Notes under the pieces: generated by a model
Told to the model about the DNA's origin: nothing
Databases searched by the model: none
What the model saw: the letters and a program-made list of their open reading frames with translations, nothing else
Made by a program: the position numbers and the translations under genes
Shown: positions 9,406 through 19,162 of the stretch, one piece after another
Position numbering within the stretch: the first letter of the stretch is position 1
Layout of the letters: each line of letters starts with the position of its first letter
Virus record (IMG/VR): IMGVR_UViG_3300027770_000036
DNA from: an uncultured virus (IMG/VR IMGVR_UViG_3300027770_000036)
Taxonomy: Duplodnaviria > Heunggongvirae > Uroviricota > Caudoviricetes
Reading direction: 5' to 3' (one strand)
DNA: 64,000 nucleotides

Positions 9406-11190
9406 TTATGTAAGGACCGCCACGACCTCTATAATTCCTACTTCTCCCGCATACCCGTCTCCGGCTGCTCGGCTTAGAGTAAAAAATACTATATCCTGCC
9501 CGTCTACCGTCTCCGCCGCGCTATCTACGCTTATATACTCATCTGCGTCTACAGCATGAGCTGTACTAATCGTAAGCGCGCTATCGGACGTAGGCAGTGC
9601 AACTACGCCGGCTCCAACAGGATTAGGCAGAATTCTATAGGTAGCTGTAAGCGATGGCAGAGTTCCAGCTGTCCTTCCTAATATTCTTAACCTTAGCTTT
9701 ATTTCAGGAGAAGCGGATAGGGTGGAAGCATTAGGGACTAACACCTTAAGCCTTATAGAGCTAGCCTGAGAAGGAGGGAATGCAAGATACATTATTTCTT
9801 GATAGTATCTTTCTTTAGCGTCACTTAGCCTTACAACCTGGGGCTGCAAGAATCTTTCTGACGATTCAAGGCTTGAAGCTATTGTTACTACGCCCTGATG
9901 AATGGTGTCGCCATCTGAAACCCGGCTATGCGTCGATGTTAGAGTTATGCTGTTATCGGCAGCAACTATGCCCTCAATAACTCTGCCCCTTTGGAACTTA
10001 TTAGTCACAACCTCTTTGAATACCAAAGAACCTGTAGTGGTATCGTTTGATACGGCTAGGGCCAAATCTAGATCTATTTTAAGTGGGCCTGTGTTTGCAG
10101 CCTTGTTGTCATAACACCCAATAACAGATAGGCCAGAGCCTGATACAGCATCTAAGCTTGTTACAACAGTTTTCTCGTTTCCATATGCTGTTTTTGAAAA
10201 CCTTAATATTAATTTTCTTGATATGTCTCTAGGGCACTCAGGCAAGGATCCCTGAGCCATTGAAGAGGAGCCTAAGTAGTTAGACCACGGAACATCTTCA
10301 TGGCAGTCAGACATCCACCATATACCTATATTATCAATCGCTACCAGTCCGGTAGTCCCTGTGGGCAGCTCAACTCCATTACCATCCGTATCTCCTCTGA
10401 ATAAGGTTATACTTGCGGCCTCAACTGGCATAGGAGGAAATACATTGTACAGAGCTTGATGCTCTTTCAAGTTATAACCGAAGGCCGCTCCCGTAGGAGC
10501 TAAGCCGTTAAACGAGCTATGCCCAGCAGGTAGCCATCCTTTTATTCCGTCATCTACGTTTATTATTGTGTAGGTTCCTCCTGCCCCGGGGTCAGGGGAG
10601 TCTCCACAAGGGGCAAGACTTAAATCAAACTCGTAGTGTACGTGATTAGAGGGGCCATCCCTTAGCTGGGGTTGTACATAAACGTTTCCACTTCCGTCTG
10701 CATGAAGCACGGCTACGTCTGCTATGGCTGGCTTCTTTGCTAATTTTCCTTTAGTTCTACCAGATAGGAAGTACCTTCCAGCAGTTACGGGGGAAGCGCT
10801 ATCTATGACTGAGGATATATCTAAAGCGTATTTACCAAATATGATTATGTCTGCAACGGAGGAGGAGTGCTTATACCCTATAACTCCTATAACGTCAGAA
10901 AGTGGAGACGTCTCCAAAACTCCGTTTTCTCTATTGAACCTAAACTCTGCTAAGGCTCTTTCAAATCTAGAGGTGTCCCCATTCCAGCACACGGCCATAC
11001 CTATGGTTGCGTCTGCCTCTACTGCGGCCTCAAACAGAATTAAGGATTCCTTGTTCTCAATGCCGTCTATACGGTCCTTAAGATACCTGGATTGGTTCTC
11101 CAGGGCCCTAGTAGGCCTACTGTCTACTCTTGCCTCTACCGATTCGCCGTCATTTACATGTTCTACTTTATTGGTCCAAGATGATGCCAT
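9406..11190 (-). CDS. Putative tail fibre/baseplate structural protein
   Basis: 594 aa; N-terminal RP.RALENQSRYLK resembles the NxPxxxLxNRTxYLK start of many tail fibres; position after the baseplate wedge. Confidence 0.55.
   Translation of the reverse strand: MASSWTNKVEHVNDGESVEARVDSRPTRALENQSRYLKDRIDGIENKESLILFEAAVEADATIGMAVCWNGDTSRFERALAEFRFNRENGVLETSPLSDVIGVIGYKHSSSVADIIIFGKYALDISSVIDSASPVTAGRYFLSGRTKGKLAKKPAIADVAVLHADGSGNVYVQPQLRDGPSNHVHYEFDLSLAPCGDSPDPGAGGTYTIINVDDGIKGWLPAGHSSFNGLAPTGAAFGYNLKEHQALYNVFPPMPVEAASITLFRGDTDGNGVELPTGTTGLVAIDNIGIWWMSDCHEDVPWSNYLGSSSMAQGSLPECPRDISRKLILRFSKTAYGNEKTVVTSLDAVSGSGLSVIGCYDNKAANTGPLKIDLDLALAVSNDTTTGSLVFKEVVTNKFQRGRVIEGIVAADNSITLTSTHSRVSDGDTIHQGVVTIASSLESSERFLQPQVVRLSDAKERYYQEIMYLAFPPSQASSIRLKVLVPNASTLSASPEIKLRLRILGRTAGTLPSLTATYRILPNPVGAGVVALPTSDSALTISTAHAVDADEYISVDSAAETVDGQDIVFFTLSRAAGDGYAGEVGIIEVVAVLT
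10903..10916. repeat. Dispersed palindrome (perfect)
   Basis: agTGGAGACGTCTCCAaa, inside a CDS in the LETSP frame. Confidence 0.9.
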
Positions 11191-11209
11191 TATTACTGCA
11201 CCTCATTTA

Positions 11210-11803
11210 TTACTTAAATTGCTCTGTCCAGCTGACTCCGATCTGGCTAGATGCCTGCTTTAACACTTGCTGATTATCAGGATAGTACTCACGGGCGAAT
11301 ATAACGTCCCTGGTACGATCTTCCCATTTGGGCATGGCTACCAGGGCCAGACCAAATACCTTGCTATTAGACCCTACTGAAAAAGTCTTACCGTGCACAC
11401 CTATGCTACCACTACTCTGAGCGTAAAAGGTTAGCTGGTTTGCAGTTGTGGTATACCCCTCGTACCCAGATATAAGCGACGGCTTGGGGCTGGATATTAA
11501 TTGGACTCTAAGAAAGTCTCGGGTAGCGCTGGAGGAAATAGAGGAGTAATACTCAATTCCCTCTGACCTGTCAAAGGATGGGCTGGTAACTGTATCGGAC
11601 CCTGAAGCTACGTTTTCGAATTCTATATACATGCCTGCTATCTTATACTCTGATGCTCCGTCCCCGAATAGCTTGCAGGCTATATCCCCCCATGACCATT
11701 GAATTTGATTATGGAATGATACCCTGGGCAGCCATAAGCCGTCCTTGGTTACTTCATAAGTTTTTATGAAGCCTTCTACCTCTCCATTAGTTTTGTTCGA
11801 CAT
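11210..11803 (-). CDS. Putative baseplate peripheral protein
   Basis: ~197 aa, beta-rich. Start placed at ATG 11803 because of a GAGGT RBS (track start 11818). Confidence 0.5.
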   Translation of the reverse strand: MSNKTNGEVEGFIKTYEVTKDGLWLPRVSFHNQIQWSWGDIACKLFGDGASEYKIAGMYIEFENVASGSDTVTSPSFDRSEGIEYYSSISSSATRDFLRVQLISSPKPSLISGYEGYTTTANQLTFYAQSSGSIGVHGKTFSVGSNSKVFGLALVAMPKWEDRTRDVIFAREYYPDNQQVLKQASSQIGVSWTEQFK

Positions 11804-11810
11804 CTTTACC

Positions 11811-13292
11811 TCATTCACATGAACTACTAACTGATTTCAAAGTAACAGCATTATTTAAAAGGTCTGAATCTATGTAACCCTCTACGGTCTCCATAGCAGT
11901 ATACTTATCTTCGCTATTTGATTGTACATTAAATAAGCTATCAATTGCGAGTGGAGCTTCAAAAATGAAGAATATACCACTACCAAGGGGTACAAGGGCA
12001 GGTATCATCGTAAGATTGGGTAAACCATCTGAAATGGCCTCTACTTTGATGCTTACCAGCGTAAAGCCCCCAGGCATCATCTCATCCACTAAAAACCTTA
12101 AAGGATTAATATAGCCGGGCAAAGACTCTTTTTCGGGCTGGCCTACTTTATCTACCCTCTTATCCAACCCTTCTGCCAGGGTCATGCCCATAGCCTCGCC
12201 TCTCTCGTTAACCATTTCCCAGAACCTTTCTACGTCCAGGGGATGCCCCCCTATGTAGAACCTAAAGTCTGTACTTCCATTTGCAGCTGAGGTTACTGTA
12301 GGAATAACATAGTCATTAACAAAACCCATATCGTACATAAAATCATTTCCTATAAATCCTTTTGTTAGATTTACAGCTCTTATGTCTGATATGTCGCAAT
12401 TTCTCTTTAGCTCGGTAATAACAAGGGCGTCTGATAGGCTTTGGCCTTGCGTTACTTTATCCCCAATAACCACTGAAGAAGTAGCTTTATTAGGTACAAA
12501 GTAAACCATCTTATCAGTGACTATTACTTTCCTAGACGTGCCGTGCACTCTCTCTACCTGCTCGTTACCTACTGCTGTAGGAAGGCTCAAAGCAGCTCCT
12601 AGCATACTACCTAGTTTACCTGAAGACATTCCCAGTATCATCGAATCGTATATTCCGTTAACGTATTTTTTGTAGTCCTCTGTAGATTTACCATCAACCC
12701 CTACTGGAGTTCCGTATATAAGCTGTATAGACCTTTTATCTATTTTAGGGTTAAAAGCCCACATAGCTAGCTGTTTGTCGTAAGTGCCATCCAACTTGTT
12801 GACGTTAGATACTGCAAAGGTTGAATTAGAAAAGGGGTCTTGGTTGAACACTATCTTATTGAGCTTGTAATCTATGTAGAAATCCAACGTTTCTATTAAA
12901 CTGGAGGAGGGGTCAGAGATGCGGTTATATATCTGACTTACAGATACGACCCCCTCAGGAAGGTCCCAAGAATACCCCACAGACACGCCGTACTGGTACT
13001 CTGATTCTCCGTAGTGCCTGCCGCCACCGTAGTTGTTCTTTGTGGAGGACCCTTCTGACTTCATAATAGGAAAGTACAGCCAATTTTTAGAGGTTACAGG
13101 GGTTATAAGAAGCCGGCTCTTAGCTCTATATGCATCTTCCCACTCATCTCTTGCCTGCTGCCAAAGAGTATTTCTAGCGTAGACTAGGTCTTGTATTTGA
13201 TCCTTGCCGTCATATACCTCAGACCAATAGCCACCTATTAAGGCTTTCGCCTTATCTGGTGTGTCTAGGTCGTCCTTTGGAAACTTAAACAT
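11811..13292 (-). CDS. Putative baseplate wedge protein
   Basis: 493 aa; contains STEDYKKYVNGIY, reminiscent of wedge/tail-I ExDxxYR motifs; would follow baseplate J if the protease cassette were removed. Confidence 0.5.
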   Translation of the reverse strand: MFKFPKDDLDTPDKAKALIGGYWSEVYDGKDQIQDLVYARNTLWQQARDEWEDAYRAKSRLLITPVTSKNWLYFPIMKSEGSSTKNNYGGGRHYGESEYQYGVSVGYSWDLPEGVVSVSQIYNRISDPSSSLIETLDFYIDYKLNKIVFNQDPFSNSTFAVSNVNKLDGTYDKQLAMWAFNPKIDKRSIQLIYGTPVGVDGKSTEDYKKYVNGIYDSMILGMSSGKLGSMLGAALSLPTAVGNEQVERVHGTSRKVIVTDKMVYFVPNKATSSVVIGDKVTQGQSLSDALVITELKRNCDISDIRAVNLTKGFIGNDFMYDMGFVNDYVIPTVTSAANGSTDFRFYIGGHPLDVERFWEMVNERGEAMGMTLAEGLDKRVDKVGQPEKESLPGYINPLRFLVDEMMPGGFTLVSIKVEAISDGLPNLTMIPALVPLGSGIFFIFEAPLAIDSLFNVQSNSEDKYTAMETVEGYIDSDLLNNAVTLKSVSSSCE

Positions 13293-13306
13293 ATTAACGC
13301 CCTGCC

Positions 13307-14368
13307 TTATAGGCTTTGATTATCGCATATCTTTTTAATGAAAGAAACGAGTTTCTCCAGCCCGTCTTTTGTAAAATCTGAAGAGCTTATGACCAGCCTC
13401 TCTGACTTTACACCGGCCTTAGACTTGGCCGATATGGATAGCTTCTTAGCCTCTTTTATAGCGCTTAAAGGCTCTATAAGCCCCCAGCCATAAGTGGTGT
13501 CAAACCCCGACTTACCGGCATCAACCGCCGTCTTATAGAACGTATCAGTTATTTTACTTATAAGAGACTTATACTTAATACCCTCAGACTTAAGGGCTGA
13601 AAGAACTAGTGCCAGCACCCCTGCTACAAATGGGGTAGCCATGGATGTTCCAGAGAGCTTGGCGTATCCTTTAGGCGGCCAGCACGATGTAATGTCTACA
13701 CCTGGGGCCGCTATGTTAACTTTTCCACGACTTGAGAACTTTGCAGCCAGACTGTCCCTGTCTACGGCGGCTACGGATATACATTCCTGTAAGTTAGCTG
13801 GGTAATTAGTAGTGCCCTCTCCCGGGCCTTCATTACCTGCGGCGGATACTAGGTAGCACCCTTTGGAGTACGCGTACTTTATTGCTGCTGTTATGGCTTT
13901 ATCCTTAGACGACGACCCAAAGCTCATAGATATAATGTCGGCTCCTGAGTCTGCAGCCCACGTTATGCCCTCGGATATTCCCTTTGAATTACCCGCCCCT
14001 TCGTCGTCTAACACCTTTCCTATCAACAACTTACATCCTGGAGCAACCCCTATAACGCCGCTGTCGTTCTTGTTACCGGCTACTATTCCAGAGCAATGAG
14101 TGCCGTGTCCGTTGGTATCATAAGGGCCAGAAGTAGACCCCGTAAAGTCTTTGGCTTTAAGAATTTGACCCTCTAGGTCTGGGTGCTTTAGCGATGCCCC
14201 GGTGTCTAGTACAGCAACCTTTATATCATTGCCGCAGGCCTCCTTCCAGGCTTCAGGAATATTGCAAGCCCTAAGCCCCCAATCTATAGTCTCAGAGCAG
14301 GCTACGCTTAACCCCTCTACGGTATATGGAGGAATCTTATACTGTAGCTTATCTTTTTTTTTCATCAC
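13307..14368 (-). CDS. Subtilisin-like serine protease (S8)
   Basis: Catalytic motifs VAVLDTG, NGHGTHCSG, AAGN and SGTSMATP. Confidence 0.96.
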   Translation of the reverse strand: MMKKKDKLQYKIPPYTVEGLSVACSETIDWGLRACNIPEAWKEACGNDIKVAVLDTGASLKHPDLEGQILKAKDFTGSTSGPYDTNGHGTHCSGIVAGNKNDSGVIGVAPGCKLLIGKVLDDEGAGNSKGISEGITWAADSGADIISMSFGSSSKDKAITAAIKYAYSKGCYLVSAAGNEGPGEGTTNYPANLQECISVAAVDRDSLAAKFSSRGKVNIAAPGVDITSCWPPKGYAKLSGTSMATPFVAGVLALVLSALKSEGIKYKSLISKITDTFYKTAVDAGKSGFDTTYGWGLIEPLSAIKEAKKLSISAKSKAGVKSERLVISSSDFTKDGLEKLVSFIKKICDNQSL

Positions 14369-14720
14369 TACTTCCTTTAGTTATGTAATTTCTTTCTACC
14401 CATTTAAGAAGAAGCCTAACTAGTATCGGCAGAAGCCATACGGGCACATCAAAGCTTGATGCTGATATACCTGTCTTCTTGCTTGCTGCTATTTTCTCTA
14501 TGGTATCCGCTATTACTTTTTTAGACAGCTTAGGAGCCCTTGACGTCATAGCCGTGTAATCTCCTGCTATGTAGCTAGAAAGAAAGGTTATAAGCTCTAA
14601 GGCGGCATATATGGCCTTCCACTTATCAAAAGGGGCTTTACCCCTAAGCATGTCTACTACGATAGACGCGGCCTCTACCGGAAATGACTTAGACTTTATG
14701 ATAAACGTTTTATGTGCCAA
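14349..14720 (-). CDS. Small hypothetical protein with two amphipathic/hydrophobic helices
   Basis: 123 aa; AIYAALELITFLSSYI and VPVWLLPILVRLLLKW segments. Confidence 0.6.
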   Translation of the reverse strand: MAHKTFIIKSKSFPVEAASIVVDMLRGKAPFDKWKAIYAALELITFLSSYIAGDYTAMTSRAPKLSKKVIADTIEKIAASKKTGISASSFDVPVWLLPILVRLLLKWVERNYITKGSSDEKKR

Positions 14721-14721
14721 T

Positions 14722-15096
14722 TTAATTCTCCAGTTCTTCTAGTATAAAATCGACGTCCTTTTCGCTTAGACCCAAGCATATTTCACTTATAGTTTTTTCT
14801 ATAACTACTAGACCTTCTTCTGCCTTCTTGCCTCTTGGAAGGGCTATGCTATTTTCTTTCAAACTAGATCTAACTGCTTTTCTTATTTTAATCTTGTCAA
14901 TAATTCCAGGCTTTCTTATACGCTCGAGCGCGCCTTTAGCGTCGTTCTTACATAACTTTGATAGCTTAACTAGATTAACTATTATAGAAACTAGAGCTGA
15001 CACTATGACTATAGTAGAAACTATAAACCCCTTCTTATCTAGCTCGTCCTTAAGTGCGGGGGCCATAGAGTCTGCAATCTTCTGTGTATACTTCAT
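14722..15096 (-). CDS. Small membrane protein (one TM helix, basic C-terminus; holin-like candidate)
   Basis: 124 aa; FIVSTIVIVSALVSIIVNLV followed by a Lys-rich region. Confidence 0.6.
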   Translation of the reverse strand: MKYTQKIADSMAPALKDELDKKGFIVSTIVIVSALVSIIVNLVKLSKLCKNDAKGALERIRKPGIIDKIKIRKAVRSSLKENSIALPRGKKAEEGLVVIEKTISEICLGLSEKDVDFILEELEN

Positions 15097-15106
15097 TGGA
15101 TCCTTT

Positions 15107-15120
15107 TGGAGACGTCTCCA
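15107..15120. repeat. Dispersed palindrome (perfect, intergenic)
   Basis: ttTGGAGACGTCTCCAct, 10 nt upstream of the 15096 start. Confidence 0.9.
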
Positions 15121-15175
15121 CTATAGTTTATAAGCGCTGAGCATTTATCGGCAACTGCCGACATAAAGGCTACGT

Positions 15176-15376
15176 TCAGCAGCCCGATTGTCCCTTATAC
15201 CGCCGCCTCTTTGTCTTGCCTTGAGGAGACTCTGTCGCCGGCGCCTCTGGCACTGTGTCAAGTTTTTTTGATGTAAAACTTGACACTGGTTTGTTTGTTA
15301 GTAAATCAAATGATGCTTTATCTAACTTAGTAGTTTGATAAAGCATCAGTGTAGCTAGCGTTATATACAGCATGGC
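15176..15376 (-). CDS. Possible small exported peptide (uncertain)
   Basis: MLYITLATLML... has a hydrophobic start and basic end, but overlaps strong inverted repeats and has no clear RBS. Confidence 0.3.
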   Translation of the reverse strand, partial: AMLYITLATLMLYQTTKLDKASFDLLTNKPVSSFTSKKLDTVPEAPATESPQGKTKRRRYKGQSGC

Positions 15377-15418
15377 AGGCCTTGCCTTGCATACCAAGGC
15401 GTTAGAGCTGTTAGTAAA

Positions 15419-16354
15419 TTACACCAACATGAACAGGGCTTTGTCTATAAGCTGCTCTGGAAACCCATCAAAGTTGCTGTAAGCAAAAGTCTCTCCGGCT
15501 CGAATATGCTTCTCAGCATCCTTGCGCCTGACTCTCAGCACACCTATAGGTAGGTTAACTCCAGTATCAAAGTCTTTAAGCTGGCCATGCGCATCAGCCC
15601 AGCTATTAAGAATAATAGTGTAAGGATCGGTAGCGTTATCATCGACTCCGATGAAACACATTTGATGGCCCCAGTTATCTGTTTGCCTATGGAACCCATC
15701 GTTAGCAGGAGTCATGCTGTAGCCGATATCGCTAGCAGTAGTGCAAGGGTAGCCATTAGATATAGCGGCTACTAAGTCATCCCAGCTCTTAATTAAAGCA
15801 GCTGACTTGACTGGGTGATGCTTGCCTTCATCTACAAACTTAGTATCTGGGCCTGGGCGGTCTCCCCACTTCTTAGCTACTTTTCCAGAATATGCTGGCA
15901 CACCACTAAAATTACTGCGAAGAACACCGTATTTAATAATAGCGTCTGCCATCCAGCTTCCCAAGGAGCCGTCGTCACCATCGAACTGCCCTCCTCCTAT
16001 AAGTACACGACCAGTGCCGTATAGGTAAGGCGGGAACACTGGATTGAAGGCCTCTCTATCGCCCTTCATAATCTTCTCGGTAGCCATTAAATACTCACAA
16101 GCATTCTTGGCTCCGAAACTAACGCAGTCACCGATCTGCTGTTCGTAATTCTCGGTATCTTTACCTAGAAGCTTTCTTACGGCCTCATACAGCATGGTCT
16201 TTCCACCCTTGGTGCTTCTTGTGGCACTGAGGATGTTGAACTCTTTAAAGGAACCTTTAATAAGATTAAATTGAGATTTGACTAGCTCCGGGTTGTCTTT
16301 ACCAATCCAGCCGCCTTTTGCCCCGTCTTTATATAGCTTTAGAATTTCGCTCAT
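15419..16354 (-). CDS. Papain-like cysteine peptidase (C1-like)
   Basis: QQIGDCVSFG (oxyanion Gln and catalytic Cys), WGHQMCFIG (His) and ILNSW (Asn). Confidence 0.9.
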   Translation of the reverse strand: MSEILKLYKDGAKGGWIGKDNPELVKSQFNLIKGSFKEFNILSATRSTKGGKTMLYEAVRKLLGKDTENYEQQIGDCVSFGAKNACEYLMATEKIMKGDREAFNPVFPPYLYGTGRVLIGGGQFDGDDGSLGSWMADAIIKYGVLRSNFSGVPAYSGKVAKKWGDRPGPDTKFVDEGKHHPVKSAALIKSWDDLVAAISNGYPCTTASDIGYSMTPANDGFHRQTDNWGHQMCFIGVDDNATDPYTIILNSWADAHGQLKDFDTGVNLPIGVLRVRRKDAEKHIRAGETFAYSNFDGFPEQLIDKALFMLV

Positions 16355-16364
16355 TTTATTTTCC

Positions 16365-17144
16365 TTATTTTACAGCCTTCAAGCCCGCTGCAACTTCTCT
16401 CCAAGCTTCGGCAAAATCTGTGGCCGTTACCATTTGCTTACCCTCATAGAGAGAGTAAAGCGTGTCCTGCATTTCTTTAAAGAAAGGCTCCCATGCGGCC
16501 TTGTTGGAGCCTACGGCTGCCCTGTTAGACTCAGCAGTCTTCTTCAAAAGATCATCGACCTCCTTAACCGCCCCTGCAGCTACGGCTGATGCCATAGACT
16601 CAAAGGACTTTGCAACAGCCGTTGCAGTACTCTTACGTATGGCTGCAGGTACCTTGCTCGTAGCTAAAGAATAAGATTTCTTTTGGAGGTTGTATCTAGC
16701 TTCTGGGAGTACAGGGTCAGGCACAGCTGGGTCTGGGGACGGGCCTGGGTCTTCTCCGATGATAACTGGAGTAGAGATAATCACAGTCCTAGTTGTTATC
16801 TCTGTTGTCTTATCCCCGTCTTTAACCGCGTAGAGATAAGTAATAGCCACTAAAGCTGTCATTCTCTTAGTGACAACTCCTGCCCCGAAGAAGATACCAT
16901 CTTGGTACTCCCTTACTCTTTTTTCCCTATCTCCGTCGAAAACCTTCCATGCTACGCTATAGGATATGAAATGTTTTGGCGGGTCTTTGATTGGAGAGAT
17001 AGTTAGGTCTACAAGCTCACCAAGAGGAACTGCAGATTCTGCTCCCACTATCTTTTGCTGAGGAACTACGAAATCTGCTGCAAAAGCAGACGTAGTGCAC
17101 AGCACAACAAATGTTACAAATGTAACAAATAGCCTTAATAACAT
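16365..17144 (-). CDS. Exported protein (signal peptide, beta domain, Pro-rich linker, helical domain)
   Basis: MLLRLFVTFVTFVVLCTTSAFA-A signal peptide; PGPSPDPAVPDP linker. Confidence 0.75.
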   Translation of the reverse strand: MLLRLFVTFVTFVVLCTTSAFAADFVVPQQKIVGAESAVPLGELVDLTISPIKDPPKHFISYSVAWKVFDGDREKRVREYQDGIFFGAGVVTKRMTALVAITYLYAVKDGDKTTEITTRTVIISTPVIIGEDPGPSPDPAVPDPVLPEARYNLQKKSYSLATSKVPAAIRKSTATAVAKSFESMASAVAAGAVKEVDDLLKKTAESNRAAVGSNKAAWEPFFKEMQDTLYSLYEGKQMVTATDFAEAWREVAAGLKAVK

Positions 17145-17172
17145 TGTATTTCCTTTCTTTTATAAAACATAC

Positions 17173-17200
17173 TACCTCCACATATTAAATTGTGGAGGTA
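17173..17200. promoter_or_regulatory. 10-bp perfect inverted repeat (hairpin or operator)
   Basis: TACCTCCACA-tattaaat-TGTGGAGGTA in the intergenic space. Confidence 0.55.
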
Positions 17201-17220
17201 ATAAGTAATTAAAGTATTAA

Positions 17221-17484
17221 CTACTTAGATAACGCGTCTGGAGCTAAGGTCATCTTAACAATAAATAACTTGATAGCTTCTTCCTTGCTGACAGGCTTGT
17301 CAGCAGAGAACGTGTCTACAAGGGTTACGACAAGTTCTGCAAACCAAGGTTGGGACGCAAACTGTTCGAAGACAGCTACAATCCTGTCATCAGTGTCTCC
17401 TGGAATCATCTTCGTAATAGACGAAGCAATCTTAATAATAAGATCCATAGTCTTTTGAACCTTATCTACTGATAAATCGCTCAT
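17221..17484 (-). CDS. Small hypothetical protein
   Basis: 87 aa; AAAAGGAGAG RBS; amphipathic helices around IPGDTDD. Confidence 0.7.
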   Translation of the reverse strand: MSDLSVDKVQKTMDLIIKIASSITKMIPGDTDDRIVAVFEQFASQPWFAELVVTLVDTFSADKPVSKEEAIKLFIVKMTLAPDALSK

Positions 17485-17521
17485 GATACTCTCCTTTTAA
17501 TAGAACAACACAGTACACCTT

Positions 17522-19156
17522 TTATACACTCCTAACATTTATTTCAATATCAGCTTTGTCTAAAAAGTATATTACAGTCTTAGCTGACACCATTTTACCA
17601 GAGTCATCAGGGGGCGACAGCTTTATTCTTCCATTGATAAACCTTATGTGACCGTCAGGGTATACTACCCTACCTCGTAAATCTATATCTGCTATAGACT
17701 GATCATCACTTAGAACGTTCTGAACTATGGCTACTATGTTTGACTCGTAAATAACTGAGGAAAACCCAAGGTTACTTACGTACTTGTAAATTTCTTCTCT
17801 GATAGTATCAGAGGGCACAGTGTAGTCTTTGTTTCTATTATCTATTGTTATGGATAGCTTTACATCTAATGGTATAGCCGCCTTTACTAATATGTCAGAG
17901 TTAGCTGGGCGTACGTCCCTGCCTCCTAGAAACAGTTGCAGGTCCTGCAACCCATTTTGATATCTTAGGGTTAGCGTATATATAGCTTTTGTACCTAAGG
18001 CTAGCGATGCGTCTGTAGACGTGTCTAGGAACTGTAACGTTGAGGTCTGGAAGGGGGAGAATGCTGCTTCGTTCGCGTGCTCTATTTCTGGTATAAACCC
18101 TGTTCCGTCGGCTGTAAGATCGTAAGCCCTTACTAGACTGATAGTCTCGTACCCGTTAACAATAGACGTGTTGTTCTTGTCTGCGTACTTTACTATTCTA
18201 GTGGCTTCATAGAACCCAGGAGCTATATCTCTGGATATGGATACCTGCCACAGGCTTCCTACTGCTCTTTGTTCTACTAGAGTTGCTGACAAATCTACAT
18301 TTACCTTAGAAGGAAGTCCTGTGTTTCTTACATAAACATCAACCCTACCTCCGTGGGATAGAGGAAACAGACCGTGGTACCTAAGTTGCTCAGGGTCCCC
18401 GTGACTTATGCAGGATACGTCGTGTATACTTACGTAGTTGCTCTTTATCAAAGACGATAATGAGTATTTGTTAGAAAAGTTCTTACTTGCAACCCCTTCC
18501 TTTAATCTACTAATAAGTTCAAGATTAGTTTCAGTGGACACCCCGCTGGAGAAGTCTACGCTAACTATTGCTCGTATAAAGCCTGGAACAGGGGAGCTCA
18601 TCTCTAAGGCGTCTCCTTGTTTAAGGGATGAACCATCCCCATCTAGAGAGGCTACTACACTAATACTGAATCCGTATGTTCCATCTCCAAGAGAGTATAT
18701 GAGCCTATCAGTTGCACTTATTACTGATGCTGCATTCGTTTTAGCTGCGTAAGTAGCTATGGCTACGAATGACTTACCAAACGACGTGAACACAGAGTTC
18801 TGGGACACAGACATAGGAGTGCTGTTAGCTATTACTACGGTTATCTCGCCATTAGCCTTTCTTCCGGCTTTTCTAGTTATTAGAAAGTTACTAAGTACAG
18901 CATCTACTAGAGCATCATCAGCAATAGTAGGGTCTGCCTCTATAGCACTAATTGATCCGCTCTTCCTAAACTTGTCCGCGTATGTTTCTTGGGCAGCGTG
19001 AATTATGCTCTCAAGGTGCAGAACAAGATCGTGAAGTACCCCTCTCCTAAAGTCAGACGTAGGACTTTTTTCTTGCAGCCTCTGAACTAGAAGCGCCCTA
19101 GCGGCCGTAACGTCAGCCACTGGAAGGGAAGTAAGAGAAGGAAAAGTAATAGCCAT
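17522..19156 (-). CDS. Baseplate J-like wedge protein
   Basis: 544 aa; ITRKAGRKANGEI, SGVSTETNLELISR and GRVDVYV match typical baseplate-J motifs. Confidence 0.85.
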   Translation of the reverse strand: MAITFPSLTSLPVADVTAARALLVQRLQEKSPTSDFRRGVLHDLVLHLESIIHAAQETYADKFRKSGSISAIEADPTIADDALVDAVLSNFLITRKAGRKANGEITVVIANSTPMSVSQNSVFTSFGKSFVAIATYAAKTNAASVISATDRLIYSLGDGTYGFSISVVASLDGDGSSLKQGDALEMSSPVPGFIRAIVSVDFSSGVSTETNLELISRLKEGVASKNFSNKYSLSSLIKSNYVSIHDVSCISHGDPEQLRYHGLFPLSHGGRVDVYVRNTGLPSKVNVDLSATLVEQRAVGSLWQVSISRDIAPGFYEATRIVKYADKNNTSIVNGYETISLVRAYDLTADGTGFIPEIEHANEAAFSPFQTSTLQFLDTSTDASLALGTKAIYTLTLRYQNGLQDLQLFLGGRDVRPANSDILVKAAIPLDVKLSITIDNRNKDYTVPSDTIREEIYKYVSNLGFSSVIYESNIVAIVQNVLSDDQSIADIDLRGRVVYPDGHIRFINGRIKLSPPDDSGKMVSAKTVIYFLDKADIEINVRSV

Positions 19157-19162
19157 TTTATT

